Of a stretch of DNA of 64,000 nucleotides, positions 38,211 through 47,619 are shown piece after piece (position 1 is the first letter of the stretch; every line of letters begins with the position of its first letter). The stretch is from Holophagaceae bacterium. GTDB lineage: Bacteria > Acidobacteriota > Holophagae > Holophagales > Holophagaceae. The notes beneath the pieces are model-generated. The model worked only from the letters and a program-made list of their open reading frames with translations, was not told where the DNA came from and searched no databases. Position numbers and translations under genes: made by a program. The stretch spans positions 5,159-69,158 of the forward strand of contig DATEZP010000060.1 of assembly GCA_035255465.1 (NCBI GenBank), read 5' to 3'.

Positions 38211-39131
38211 TCAGGCCCGGATGGGAAGGGCGAGCCCCGAGGCCGCGCGCAGCTCGCCTCTCGCCACGGTGAGATCCATGCGGCCCAGGTTCACCCCAGC
38301 GAAGCCCACTTGGTTGATGTGGGTCTCCCCGCCCTCCCGGGCCACCTTCACGGGGGCTTCCAGGAAGGTGTGGCTGTGGCCGCCGATGATCACGTCGATG
38401 CCGGGCACGGCCTTGGCAAGGCGGAGGTCGTCCCAGGCATGGCCCTGGTTGTCATAGCCCAGGTGGCTGAGCACCACGATCACGTCGCAGCGTTCCTGGG
38501 TGCGCAGGCGGTCCACGATGGGGCGCAGGGCCTGATCCGGTTCATTCCATCGGAGGCCCTTGTGGTTGGCGGGCGCCACGAGGCCCTGGAAGGCCACGCC
38601 CACGCCGGTGAGCCCCACGCGCAGGCCCGGAAATTCCTTCACGAGGAAGGGATTCAGGTGACGGCCCAGCTCTGGAGCGCCCTGGCAATCGAAGTTGCAG
38701 TTCACGAATTCGAAGGGGGCGTGCTTGTGCGTCATGCCGCGCATGCCTTCGATGGCCTCCACGAGGGGAGCCACGCCGTTATCGAAATCGTGGTTGCCCA
38801 GGGTGACGACGTCATACCCGATCATCCGCATGAGCTGGTAATCCAGCCGTCCGCGCCAGAGGTTGAAGTAGGGCGTGCCCTGGAAGGTGTCGCCGGCATC
38901 CAGCAGCAGCACCGAATCCAGTTCGGCCCGCAATCGCTTCACCAGCGTGGCGCGGCGTGCCATGCCCCCCAGCCCCGAGAGATTGCCATTGCCGGGCCCG
39001 AAGGGCTCCACACGGCTGTGGGTGTCGTTGGTGTGCAGCAAGGTGAGACGGCCGGTGGCGGGCGTCTTGGCCCGGGCGGCCGTGAAGGCGCTCGCGGCGG
39101 CAAGGGAGGCGAGGAAGGTGCGGCGTTCCAT
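38211..39131 (-). CDS. Metallophosphatase (5'-nucleotidase N-terminal domain), Tat signal
   Basis: MERRTFLASLAAASAFTAARA twin-arginine signal; LHTNDTHS, GNHDFD, GGHSH. Confidence 0.8.
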   Translation of the reverse strand: MERRTFLASLAAASAFTAARAKTPATGRLTLLHTNDTHSRVEPFGPGNGNLSGLGGMARRATLVKRLRAELDSVLLLDAGDTFQGTPYFNLWRGRLDYQLMRMIGYDVVTLGNHDFDNGVAPLVEAIEGMRGMTHKHAPFEFVNCNFDCQGAPELGRHLNPFLVKEFPGLRVGLTGVGVAFQGLVAPANHKGLRWNEPDQALRPIVDRLRTQERCDVIVVLSHLGYDNQGHAWDDLRLAKAVPGIDVIIGGHSHTFLEAPVKVAREGGETHINQVGFAGVNLGRMDLTVARGELRAASGLALPIRA

Positions 39132-39966
39132 CAGGGAATCCGGAGAGGTTGGCGCTTGGAGATGGCGTCCTGGATGGGCGCTGAAAGCACGTATCGGCCA
39201 CTTGGGGGCGGAAGGAGAGGCTGATGCTGTTCGTTCAGGTTCTTGCAGACGTCCAGCAGGACCTGACGGATGGTGAGGCCGGTCGTGAAGGGGTTCCGGC
39301 CCTTGCGCAGGGTGGGCATGGAATCCCCGCTGCCATAGAGGTAATCGCTGGTGGCGACGCGCACCGTGGCTTTCGGATCGATGGGTCGGCCATCAGCCCA
39401 GGTGACGTTCAACGTGGCGTGGTCGGGCGGCCCGTCCACGGTGACCTTCACGCCGGAGATGGGTTCACCCGCCCGGGATTGCAGGCCTTCCCTCACGACT
39501 TGGATGATTTCCGCGCCGGTGAGATCGACCACGATGACTTCGTTCTCGAAGGGCATCACCTCGAAGATGTCGCCCACCTTCAACAGGCCCGGCTTGAGGT
39601 TGGCCCGGACGCCGCCGCGGTTCGCGATGGCGAAGGCCACCTCGGTGCCGCTCACCTGGGTGGCCCGGGTGCGGATGGCATCGCAGATCCAGTAGCCGAG
39701 CAGGTGCTCCTGCCCATTGCCGCCGCGGAAGAGGCCCTGGGGGGCTTCCACGAGGGGCATCTCGGCCAGGGCCCTGACCTCCTGGGTGCGGGGGGCGATG
39801 AAGGCCTTGAGTTCGGGATCCTCTGCAATGGCGGCGTTGACAGGCACGATGGCTGCAGCGCCCAGGGCGGAGGGCGCGGGGCGTGTGGCCACTGGCACCG
39901 CCACCGGAGCCTGCGTCCGGCAGGCCGTGAGGAGGATGAGGGCGAGGGCGACGTTACGCTTCAACG
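39131..39966 (-). CDS. 5'-nucleotidase C-terminal (substrate-binding) domain lipoprotein
   Basis: TTG start; LKRNVALALILLTAC lipobox; ATSDYLYGSGD, MPFENEVIV. Stop/start ATGA overlap with the downstream gene. Confidence 0.7.
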
Positions 39967-40889
39967 GGTGCCCCCTGGTTGACGGCCGCCTCCAGGGCGG
40001 CCCGTTCCCGGCGGATGTAGGCGTCATGCACGGTGAAGAGGGCGGCCACCCGCAGCACCCAGCCCAAGGTCCAGGCGCTCGCCGCCACGGCGATGAGTTG
40101 CAAGAGCACCAGCATCCACACGCGGCCCAGAGTGGCGCCGCCCATGCGCCAGCCGATGGCGAGGGCCGTGCCGTGCAGGAACAGGCGGAGGGCCGATCCA
40201 CCGAGGATCAGCGCGCCCCACTGGAGGGGGTGCAACCACAGGCGTTGGAAACTGTGGCCCAGGTGCTTGAACCAGCCGCCCCGCTCGGGGTCCAGCCGCG
40301 CCACGCGCAGCAGGGCCCACTGGAGGAAGCAGGCGCCGCTCCAGGCGAACCAGAAGAGGGGGCGGAAGATGAAGAGGAGCCACGCGAAGGAGTCGATGCC
40401 CCGCTCGCCGAAGATCTTGAGGATGAAGATGCCCACCATGACCGGCAGGTAGAGGGGCAGGGGCCCCAGGAGGAGGGCCTCGAGCGCGCCCTTGAACCAG
40501 GGGCCGAAGGTGGCCTCGCGATTCAGGCGATCCGCCTGCATCCGCCAACCGCTCCAAAGGGCGACGCCGAGGCCCAGGAGCAGGAAGACGAGGGCCCAGG
40601 CGGGCAGGGGCTGGTGGCGCCATTCGCCGTTCCACCAGAGTTCCATCAGCTCTTTCGCATCGAGCCGCTCACCCCAATGCACGGGCATGCCGCTGTGGCC
40701 CGCGAGGCCCACCAGGTGCCGGGCCAGGAAGAAGGCGGGCGGAAGGGAGGCCAGCAGCCAGCCCAGGATCAGACCGAGGCCGGGCCCGCTGAAACCACCC
40801 GGCAGCGCGGCCCGCAGGAAGCTCCAGGGCCCCTTCGGTGAGAGCGTCTCGTCAAGGTCGAGCGGGGAAGGCGGCGGTGCGAGGTCCAT
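39954..40889 (-). CDS. Hypothetical polytopic membrane protein
   Basis: Six or more hydrophobic segments; start MDLAPPPSPLD. Confidence 0.55.
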   Translation of the reverse strand: MDLAPPPSPLDLDETLSPKGPWSFLRAALPGGFSGPGLGLILGWLLASLPPAFFLARHLVGLAGHSGMPVHWGERLDAKELMELWWNGEWRHQPLPAWALVFLLLGLGVALWSGWRMQADRLNREATFGPWFKGALEALLLGPLPLYLPVMVGIFILKIFGERGIDSFAWLLFIFRPLFWFAWSGACFLQWALLRVARLDPERGGWFKHLGHSFQRLWLHPLQWGALILGGSALRLFLHGTALAIGWRMGGATLGRVWMLVLLQLIAVAASAWTLGWVLRVAALFTVHDAYIRRERAALEAAVNQGAPVEA

Positions 40890-41003
40890 GCGGCGTCCGG
40901 TAATGAGGCTCCATGCTACCTCGCCCGTTGGATCCAGGTGCGACTTGATCCCGGAGGATTCCGGTTGACAGGTGCTGGATTCTCTGGGTTCACTTTTGAA
41001 ATC

Positions 41004-41096
41004 ATGCGGACCTCCCAGGCCATGTGCCATTCCATGAACTGCACCTGCTGGTGCATGTTTTGGCATGCCGGCTCGGAGGCTTCCGCGGACACCTAG
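41004..41096 (+). CDS. trpL: trp leader peptide (30 aa, two Trp codons)
   Basis: MRTSQAMCHSMNCTCWCMFWHAGSEASADT*; TGG codons at 41049 and 41061. The stop lies just 3' of the anti-terminator segment. Confidence 0.5.
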   Translation: MRTSQAMCHSMNCTCWCMFWHAGSEASADT

Positions 41097-41124
41097 ACCC
41101 CAGACCTAAGGTCCCCGCTTCCTC

Positions 41125-41158
41125 CGAGCCCGATCCCAGGATCGGGCTTTTTGTTTGT
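41125..41158 (+). terminator. Attenuator terminator immediately upstream of trpE
   Basis: GAGCCCGATCC cagg GGATCGGGCTTTTTGTTTG. Alternative pairing GGCTCGGAGG (41070..41079) with CCTCCGAGCC (41121..41130). Confidence 0.55.
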
Positions 41159-41168
41159 CAGGAATTCC

Positions 41169-42566
41169 ATGGTCCTCCTCCGCCACACCCTTCCCGCCGA
41201 CCTGCTGACGCCCCTGGCCGCCTACCTGGCCCTGCGTCCGGCCGGCGCGAGCCTGCTCCTGGAGAGCGCCGATCAGGGTGAGCGGGTGGGGCGGCACAGC
41301 TTCGTGCTGGTGCAGGGCGGACCCTCCGTGAGCCTCGCGGCCCCTGCCCGGGGTTGGGTGGACGCGCTGCGGGGCCTCGCGCCGACCCTGGAAGGCGATC
41401 AGCGCCACGATCCCTCGGGCCTGCCCACGGGCCGGGATCCGCTGCCCGTGGGCGTGGGCCTGGCGGGTTACGTGGGCTTCGAGGCCCTCGCGGGCTTGGA
41501 GGCCACGCTGCCGCTGCCCGAGCGGAACAGCCTTGGCCTCCCGGCCGTGTGGGCGCAGGTCTTCGACGCGGCCCTCGTGTTCGATCACCTGCACCAGGTG
41601 GCGGAACTGCAGGTGCTGGATCGCGATGAGCCCACCGCCTTCAACCGGCTGTCAGGCCTCCTGCGCCAGCTCCGCACGCTGATGCTCCCCGGCGACGTGC
41701 GCGGCCCGGAGCCGCGCCTGCGGCCGCTCCAGACCCAGGCGGCCTTCGAGGCCACGGTGCGCCGCGTGCAGGCCTACATCCACGAGGGCGACGTCTACCA
41801 GCTCGTGCCCAGCCAGCGCATGGAGGTGCTGGATCCGCCGACGCCGTTGGAGACCTACCGCCGCTTGCGCCGCCTGAACCCCAGCCCCTACGGCTTCCTC
41901 CTGGAGCAGCCGGGCTTCGCCCTGGCGGGGGCGAGCCCCGAGATGCTCGTGCGCGTGGCCGCGGGCGAGGCGGAGACCCTGCCCATCGCGGGCACGGTGC
42001 TCCGGGGCGCCAATGAAGAGGAGGACGCCGACCGCTTCGAAGCCCTCAAGGCCGATCCCAAGGAGCGCGCCGAGCACCAGATGCTGGTGGACCTCGCCCG
42101 CAACGACCTGGGCCGCGTGGCGATCCCCGGGGGCGTGCGCGTGGAGAAGCCCCTGGCCCTCCAGCGCACGAGCCACGTGCTGCACCTCACCACCACCGTG
42201 AAGGCCACGATCAAGCCCGGCCTCGATGCCCTGGACGTGCTGGCGAGCGCCTTCCCCGCGGGCACCGTGAGTGGCGCGCCCAAGCTGCGCGCGGCCCAGC
42301 GCATAGCTGAATTGGAAGGCGAGGCCCGCGGCCCCTATGGCGGCGCGCTGATCCGCCTGGGCGCCGATGGCGTGCTCGACTCCGCCCTCATCCTGCGCAC
42401 GGTCACCTTCGTGGGGGATCGCGCCTACCTGCAGGCGGGCGCGGGCGTCGTGAAAGCCTCGGATCCCACGCGGGAATACCTGGAAACGCTGCACAAGATG
42501 GGCGCGCCGGCCCAGGCGCTGGGGGTCGTGTTGCCCAGGCCGGAAGTCCTGGAGGGGGTTCGATGA
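41169..42566 (+). CDS. trpE: Anthranilate synthase component I
   Basis: LLESADQGERVGRHSF, GTVSGAPKLRAAQRIAELE. Confidence 0.9.
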   Translation: MVLLRHTLPADLLTPLAAYLALRPAGASLLLESADQGERVGRHSFVLVQGGPSVSLAAPARGWVDALRGLAPTLEGDQRHDPSGLPTGRDPLPVGVGLAGYVGFEALAGLEATLPLPERNSLGLPAVWAQVFDAALVFDHLHQVAELQVLDRDEPTAFNRLSGLLRQLRTLMLPGDVRGPEPRLRPLQTQAAFEATVRRVQAYIHEGDVYQLVPSQRMEVLDPPTPLETYRRLRRLNPSPYGFLLEQPGFALAGASPEMLVRVAAGEAETLPIAGTVLRGANEEEDADRFEALKADPKERAEHQMLVDLARNDLGRVAIPGGVRVEKPLALQRTSHVLHLTTTVKATIKPGLDALDVLASAFPAGTVSGAPKLRAAQRIAELEGEARGPYGGALIRLGADGVLDSALILRTVTFVGDRAYLQAGAGVVKASDPTREYLETLHKMGAPAQALGVVLPRPEVLEGVR

Positions 42567-43150
42567 TCCTGCTGATCGATGCTCTGGATTCCTTTACCTA
42601 CAACCTCGTGCAGGCCTTTGAAACCCTGGGCGAAGAGGTGCTGGTGCGACGCTTCGATGAGATCGACCTCGCCCAGGCCCGGGCGCTGAATCCTTCCGCC
42701 GTGGTGCTTTCGCCGGGCCCCGGCCACCCCACCGAATGCGCCGCCCACATGGCCATCGCGGGCTCCGAGTGGGCCGTGCCCATGCTCGGGGTCTGCCTCG
42801 GCCACCAGGCCCTGGTGGCCGCCTCCGGTGGCACCGTGGGCCATGCGCCGGAGCCCCTCCACGGCGAGGCAAGCGAGCTCACCCACGAGGGCGACGGCCT
42901 CTTCGAGGGCCTGCCCCAGGGCCTGCCCGTGGGCCGCTACCACAGCCTCGCGGCGGATCCGACCACCCTGCCCGCCTGCTGGCGAATCACGGCGCGCAGT
43001 GGCGATGGCGTCATCCAGGCCATGGCCCACCGAACCCTTCCCCGCTGGGGGGTGCAGTTCCATCCGGAAAGCATCCTCACGCCCCAAGGCCCCCATCTCC
43101 TCGCCAACTTCCTCCGCCTCGCCGGCCAGACCTCAAGAGCTCTCACATGA
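42563..43150 (+). CDS. trpG: Anthranilate synthase component II (glutamine amidotransferase)
   Basis: MILLIDALDSFTYNLVQ; GVCLGHQ; HPES. Confidence 0.9.
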   Translation: MILLIDALDSFTYNLVQAFETLGEEVLVRRFDEIDLAQARALNPSAVVLSPGPGHPTECAAHMAIAGSEWAVPMLGVCLGHQALVAASGGTVGHAPEPLHGEASELTHEGDGLFEGLPQGLPVGRYHSLAADPTTLPACWRITARSGDGVIQAMAHRTLPRWGVQFHPESILTPQGPHLLANFLRLAGQTSRALT

Positions 43151-44184
43151 CCCTCCTCCGCACCCACAACCCCATCCAACCTCTGCCAACCGACGTCGCC
43201 CGGGAGTTGATGGAGCGCTTCATCAACCAGGACACGGACCCATTGCTCGTGGGTGCCTGCCTGGCCCTGCTGGCTCAGCGCACGCCCACCGCCGAAGAGC
43301 TCACCGCCTTCGCCGAGGCGCTCACCGAGGTGGCTCGCCCCTTCCCGGCCACGGGCGAACCCGCCCTCGATACCTGTGGCACCGGCGGCGATGGGGCCTC
43401 CACCGCCAACCTCAGCACCCTGGCCGCCCTCTTCCTGGCCAGCCGCGGCATCGCCGTGGCCAAGCACGGCAATCGGGCCGCCACCTCCACCTGCGGCAGC
43501 GCAGACCTGTTGGAATCCCTGGGCCACCCGCTGGAGCGAAGTGAAGGCGAACTCCTCGCGGATCTGCGGGAGCGCCGCTTCGCCTTCCTCTTCGCCCCGG
43601 CCTACCACCCGTTGCTGGGCCGCTTGAAGGAGATCCGCAAGCGCCTGGGCATTCCCACGATCTTCAACCTGCTGGGGCCCCTGCTGAATCCCGCGCGACC
43701 CGCCTACCAGGTGCTGGGGGTGGCCCGGGAGGAGTTGCTGGCGCCCATGGCCGGAGCCCTCGCGGCCCGGGGCGTGACGCGCGCCTTCGTGCTCCATGGT
43801 CGCGACCCGGAAGGCCGGGGGCTCGACGAGGCCAGCCTCGAAGGGCCCACGAAGGTGGTGCCCGTGGTGGAGGGCCGCGTGTTGCCCCCGGTGGTGCTCG
43901 TCCCCCGGGAGCTGGGCATCCCCATGCCCGATCGGGATGCCCTGGTGGTGCGGGATCGCGCCGAGGCCGTGGCCGTGGCGAAGGGGCTCATGGCGGGGCA
44001 GGGGCATCCCGCCTTCCGTCCCGCCGTGGCCGATGCGGTGGCCCTTCAAGCGGCCATGGGCCTCCTTCTGGTCCGCGATAAGGAACTGCCGGCATTGGCC
44101 CCCACCTTCAAGCTCCTCCGCGCTGAACTCGCCGCCGGATTCCAGGCGCCCATCCTCTCCTCCCTCGCCGAGGTGCGGTCATGA
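43147..44184 (+). CDS. trpD: Anthranilate phosphoribosyltransferase
   Basis: LDTCGTGGDGASTANLST; KHGNRAATSTCGSADLLE. Confidence 0.9.
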   Translation: MTLLRTHNPIQPLPTDVARELMERFINQDTDPLLVGACLALLAQRTPTAEELTAFAEALTEVARPFPATGEPALDTCGTGGDGASTANLSTLAALFLASRGIAVAKHGNRAATSTCGSADLLESLGHPLERSEGELLADLRERRFAFLFAPAYHPLLGRLKEIRKRLGIPTIFNLLGPLLNPARPAYQVLGVAREELLAPMAGALAARGVTRAFVLHGRDPEGRGLDEASLEGPTKVVPVVEGRVLPPVVLVPRELGIPMPDRDALVVRDRAEAVAVAKGLMAGQGHPAFRPAVADAVALQAAMGLLLVRDKELPALAPTFKLLRAELAAGFQAPILSSLAEVRS

Positions 44185-45023
44185 TCCTCCTCCCGGATCC
44201 CATCCAACTGGTGAAAGACGCGGAGCTGCCCGCGGGCAGCCACCTGCAGCGCGTGGTGGCCTCGGAGCTGGTGCGGGCCCTGCAGTTGCAAGTGATGCCG
44301 TTGACGGACCGGCGCCCGCGATCCGCCAGCGAGGCCGGTCCCTTCGAAGGGGCGTTGCGCGCGAGCCTTCGTCAGCGGGGCGCGGCGGTCATCGCCGAAT
44401 ACAAGCAAGGCTCGCCCTCCCTGGGCCCCTTCGCCCTGGGTACGCCCCTGCAGCGGCAGCTCCGCTTCTACAAGGATGGCGGCGCCGCCTGCTTCTCCAT
44501 CCTCACGGAACCGGCGTGGTTCTATGGCGAGACTTCCCACCTCGAAGCCGCGGCTGATCTCGGTGTGCCCCGGCTCTACAAGGGCTTCGTGATCTCCGAA
44601 GTGCAACTGCGCGAGGCCGCGGCCACGGGGGCCGAGGCGGTGCTGCTCATCGCCCGCGTGCTGAAGGGCCACACGGCCGCCTTCGCCGAAGCGGCCCGGG
44701 CCTATGGCCTGGAGCCGCTCGTGGAGCTGCACGACCTCACGGAGATCCCCTTGGCCCAGGCCGCCCAGGCCCGCCTCGTGGGCATCAACGCGCGGGACCT
44801 GGCCACGTTCACGTTGGGGGCCCCCACGGCGGCCCCCTTGCGCGCGGCCTTTCCCGAAGCGGTGCTGATCCGCGAGAGCGGACTGGCCACGCCCGAGGAT
44901 GCGCGGCGGGCGCTGGAGGCGGGCTTCGATGCGGTGCTCATCGGCGAGGCCCTCATGCGCAGCCTCAATCCCCGCAACTTCCTGGATCGCCTGTTCGGTT
45001 CTTTGCAGAAGGAGGCCGTATGA
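44181..45023 (+). CDS. trpC: Indole-3-glycerol phosphate synthase
   Basis: AVIAEYKQGSPSLG; LVGINARDL. Confidence 0.85.
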   Translation: MILLPDPIQLVKDAELPAGSHLQRVVASELVRALQLQVMPLTDRRPRSASEAGPFEGALRASLRQRGAAVIAEYKQGSPSLGPFALGTPLQRQLRFYKDGGAACFSILTEPAWFYGETSHLEAAADLGVPRLYKGFVISEVQLREAAATGAEAVLLIARVLKGHTAAFAEAARAYGLEPLVELHDLTEIPLAQAAQARLVGINARDLATFTLGAPTAAPLRAAFPEAVLIRESGLATPEDARRALEAGFDAVLIGEALMRSLNPRNFLDRLFGSLQKEAV

Positions 45024-45658
45024 GCCTGCTGGCGAAGGTCTGTGGCCTCACCTGTGAAGCGGACGCCGCGCTGGCCCTGGAGGCCGGGGCCGACCTCCTG
45101 GGCTTCGTGGTGCACCCTGACAGCCCGAGGCATTGCCCGGATGTCCGCGCCGCGGCTTCGGTGGCTCCCGAGCGGGGCGTGCTGGTGATGGTGTCCATGA
45201 CCGCGGATCCGATCCTGCGGGCGGTGGATACATCCGGCCTCCGGCGGGTGCAACCCCACGTGCCCGCGGTGCGCCGCGCCGATGTCCTGGGGAGGCTCCT
45301 GGCCGAGGGACTGGAACTCATCACGCCCTGGGCCGATGAATCGGGGCAGCGGGATCCCGAGGTGGGCCTGTTGCTGTGGGAACCCAGCCCCCGCACCACG
45401 GGCGTGCCGGGCGGTTCGGGCCGCACCCACGCCATGCTGCATCCGCCGCCACGCCCCTTCCTGCTGGCCGGTGGCCTCGATGGCGAGAACCTCGGCGAGC
45501 GTCTGGCCGCCATTCCCCAGGACGTGCTGAACCGGCTGCGGGGCGTCGATGCCGCGAGCCGGCTGGAGCGCAGCCCCGGCCGGAAGGATCCCGCGAAGGT
45601 CCGCAGCTTCCTCCAGGTGCTCCGCGCCTTCGAAGCCGCCCAAACCGCTTCCGTGTGA
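45020..45658 (+). CDS. trpF: Phosphoribosylanthranilate isomerase
   Basis: [11 protein letters not shown]...[15 protein letters not shown]. Confidence 0.8.
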   Translation: MSLLAKVCGLTCEADAALALEAGADLLGFVVHPDSPRHCPDVRAAASVAPERGVLVMVSMTADPILRAVDTSGLRRVQPHVPAVRRADVLGRLLAEGLELITPWADESGQRDPEVGLLLWEPSPRTTGVPGGSGRTHAMLHPPPRPFLLAGGLDGENLGERLAAIPQDVLNRLRGVDAASRLERSPGRKDPAKVRSFLQVLRAFEAAQTASV

Positions 45659-45659
45659 G

Positions 45660-46850
45660 ATGCCCATGACCCCGACGTTCGAACTGCCGACCCGATTCGG
45701 CACCCAAGGGCTGGGCGGCTGCTATGCCCCCGAGACCCTCATGCAGCCCCTGCTGGATCTGGAAGCGGCCTTCCGGGAGGCCCAGGCCGATCCCGGATTC
45801 CAGGCGGAGCTGCAGGCCCAGTTGCGGGACTTCGTGGGCCGCCCCACGGCCCTCACACCATGTCCCCGACTCGCCCACGGGTTGGGATTGGAGGCCCTCT
45901 TCCTCAAGCGGGAGGACCTCACCCACACGGGCGCCCACAAGATCAACAACGCCATCGCCCAGGCCCTCCTGGCCCGGCGCATGGGCAAGCGCGAGGTCAT
46001 CGCCGAGACCGGCGCGGGCCAGCATGGCGTGGCCACGGCCGCGGCCTGCGCCCGGTTGGGCCTGGCCTGCACCGTGTACATGGGCGTCACGGACATGGCC
46101 CGGCAGGCCCCCAACGTGGCCCGCATGCGCCTCTTCGGGGCCGAAGTCGTGGGCGTGGCCGCAGGGCAGGGCACCCTCAAGGAGGCCGTGAACGAGGCCC
46201 TGCGGGCCTGGGCCGGGCGATGCGACAAGGCGCACTACATCCTCGGTTCGGCCCTGGGGCCCCACCCCTTTCCCACCCTCGTACGGAGCTTCCATCAGGT
46301 CATCGGCGAAGAGGCCCGGATCCAGATCGCCGAGCAGGGCGTGCCTTTGCCCGACGCGGTGATCGCCTGCGCAGGGGGGGGCTCAAACGCCTCCGGGTTG
46401 TTGATCCCCTTCCTGGATCAGCCCGTGCGCCGGGTGGCGGTGGAAGCGGGCGGGCATGGGACGGCGCTGGGCGAGCACGCGGCCCGCTTGGAGGGCGGCC
46501 GCCTGGGGGTTCTCCACGGCTGCAAGACGCTCCTGCTGCAAGACGACCATGGCCACACCGCGGAGACGGCCTCCGTGAGCGCGGGGCTGGATTATCCGGC
46601 CCTGGGCCCGGAGTTGGCGGCCTTGGCCCTCGATGGGCGCATCGAAGTCTGGCGCGCGTCCGATGCGGAAGCCCTCGCCGCCGCCCGCCAGCTCTGCGAG
46701 CTGGAGGGCATCCTGCCCGCCTTGGAAAGCAGCCATGCCCTGGCCGCCCTGCCGCGCTTGGCGGCCGAGGGCGCGCGCACCGTCCTGCTGGGCCTCAGCG
46801 GGCGGGGCGACAAGGACCTCGCCACCTACCAATCGCGTTTGGGGCTTTGA
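45660..46850 (+). CDS. trpB: Tryptophan synthase beta chain
   Basis: [22 protein letters not shown]; GGGSNA. Confidence 0.9.
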   Translation: MPMTPTFELPTRFGTQGLGGCYAPETLMQPLLDLEAAFREAQADPGFQAELQAQLRDFVGRPTALTPCPRLAHGLGLEALFLKREDLTHTGAHKINNAIAQALLARRMGKREVIAETGAGQHGVATAAACARLGLACTVYMGVTDMARQAPNVARMRLFGAEVVGVAAGQGTLKEAVNEALRAWAGRCDKAHYILGSALGPHPFPTLVRSFHQVIGEEARIQIAEQGVPLPDAVIACAGGGSNASGLLIPFLDQPVRRVAVEAGGHGTALGEHAARLEGGRLGVLHGCKTLLLQDDHGHTAETASVSAGLDYPALGPELAALALDGRIEVWRASDAEALAAARQLCELEGILPALESSHALAALPRLAAEGARTVLLGLSGRGDKDLATYQSRLGL

Positions 46851-46851
46851 C

Positions 46852-47619
46852 ATGATTCCGATCCTTCCCTTCCTCATGGCGGGCGATCCGTCCTTGGAGG
46901 CGCTGCCCCAGCTCCTCTCCGAAGCCCGGGCCCTGGGCCTCGAAGCGCTGGAGCTGGGCCTGCCCCATTCGGATCCCATCGCCGATGGCCCCGTCCTCCA
47001 AGCGGCCGCCCATCGGGCCATCGGGCGCGGCGCCACGCCCCTCCGGGTGCTGGAACTCCTCGCTGGAATTTCAGACAGCCCTGACCTTGTGTTGTTCACC
47101 TATCTGAATCCCCTCCTCCAGATCGGGGCCCAGCGGCTCCTCGAGCTGCTGGCGCCCACACCCGTGAAGAGCCTCCTGATCGTGGATCTGCCCTTCGGGG
47201 AGGAACCCGGATTCGAGGGCCGCCTGCGCGAAGCCGGCTATCCCGTCATCCCGCTGCTGGCCCCCACCACGGATCCCCTTCGGGCGGCGCGGTTGCTGGA
47301 CGAACGCCCCGATCCGGGGCCCACCGCGCCCTTCGCGCAGCGCTTCGCCTATGTGGTGGCCCGGCTCGGTGTCACCGGCGGCGCCAGCGCCATGGATCTG
47401 GGTCCGGTGGAAGCCCGGGTGGCGGGCCTTCGCGCCATCACTTCCCGCCCCCTGGCCGTAGGGTTCGGGCTGTCCGATGCCGGAAGCCTCCAGGCCATCC
47501 GGGAGCTCGGCGCCACGCCCGTCATCGGCAGCGCCCTGGTGGCCGAACTCGCGGCGGGGGGCACCCTTCGCGGCAGCCTCGTGCCACGCCTCGCGCCGGT
47601 TACCGCGGCACGATCCTAG
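46852..47619 (+). CDS. trpA: Tryptophan synthase alpha chain
   Basis: MIPILPFLMAGDPS; LELGLPHSDPIADGPVLQ. Confidence 0.85.
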   Translation: MIPILPFLMAGDPSLEALPQLLSEARALGLEALELGLPHSDPIADGPVLQAAAHRAIGRGATPLRVLELLAGISDSPDLVLFTYLNPLLQIGAQRLLELLAPTPVKSLLIVDLPFGEEPGFEGRLREAGYPVIPLLAPTTDPLRAARLLDERPDPGPTAPFAQRFAYVVARLGVTGGASAMDLGPVEARVAGLRAITSRPLAVGFGLSDAGSLQAIRELGATPVIGSALVAELAAGGTLRGSLVPRLAPVTAARS

